Source: Podarcis bocagei (lineage: Eukaryota). Taken from it: a DNA stretch of 64,000 nucleotides. Position 1 is the stretch's first letter. The number at the start of each line of letters is the position of its first letter. Shown here in pieces: positions 63,601-64,000 of this stretch. The position numbers were made by a program, and so were the translations under genes. Location of the stretch: assembly GCA_964188305.1 (NCBI GenBank), contig OZ076888.1. One strand, given 5' to 3'. The notes under the pieces were generated by a model, which was not told the DNA's origin, did not search any database, and was given only the letters and a program-made list of their open reading frames with translations.

Positions 63601-64000
63601 GCATTTAAAGGAGATCTTACCTAATTCACACTTTTTTGAAACGGGCAGACTGAAACACAGCTATCCTTTGAAATCTGCCCATCTCTGAATTTTGCAGTTC
63701 AGTTCCCCAGCCGTGTAGCTTGTTCTGTAATGTATATACTAGATGTGAATATAAATGCATATTTTAGTAAAAATAACACATTATATTAAGGAAAAATGCT
63801 TTGCAAAAAAATGTACACAAGGAAACATTGCATACCAAAAGTATATATTGAGAGAAAGTTGCACTACAATTCTGATGAATTTTCATGAAAACTTGTTTTT
63901 TAAAAAACATGCTGATGTGTAAATGTGGAGAATTGAATTTAAGATTGCAAAAATGACAAGAGAGAAACCAAAATCAATACCTTTGCCAATCCCCTGCTAG

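Noticed and set aside
56200-64000. BTRC exons expected by synteny
   Set aside because: I found no BTRC-like coding sequence in the window; the gene presumably lies beyond the right edge.

Overview
Vertebrate genomic DNA, most likely from a lacertid-type lizard (inferred from Sauria SINEs, CR1/L2 LINE relics and Tc1/mariner and hAT MITEs). It covers the FBXW4-DPCD-POLL segment of the FGF8/BTRC (SHFM3-orthologous) locus, in reverse orientation relative to the human reference. The + strand carries the last four coding exons of FBXW4 (17891-17956, 33866-34006, 34169-34310, 35294-35410); the first ~17.9 kb is FBXW4 intron. A complete 6-exon DPCD lies on the - strand (46222 to 38043, 203 aa). A complete POLL (DNA polymerase lambda) lies on the + strand, with 8 coding exons (48315-56173, 574-575 aa) plus a non-coding first exon. 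DPCD and POLL share a very compact CpG-island bidirectional promoter containing an RFX X-box and ETS sites. The introns contain several repeat-free blocks dense in TF motifs, which are candidate orthologues of the long-range Fgf8 enhancers known in this interval in mouse. The most unexpected sequence-level signal is a minimal hammerhead ribozyme with an intact catalytic core (12400-12437, - strand), carried by a Penelope-like fragment nested in a CR1 LINE. Other points are a fossil piggyBac transposase, several nested young TE insertions, and back-to-back poly(A) signals between the convergent FBXW4 and DPCD genes. I found no CRISPR array, rRNA or true tRNA gene, and I cannot support a wholly new biological system from sequence alone. 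Family names, exon numbers and human comparisons are from recall, not database searches.
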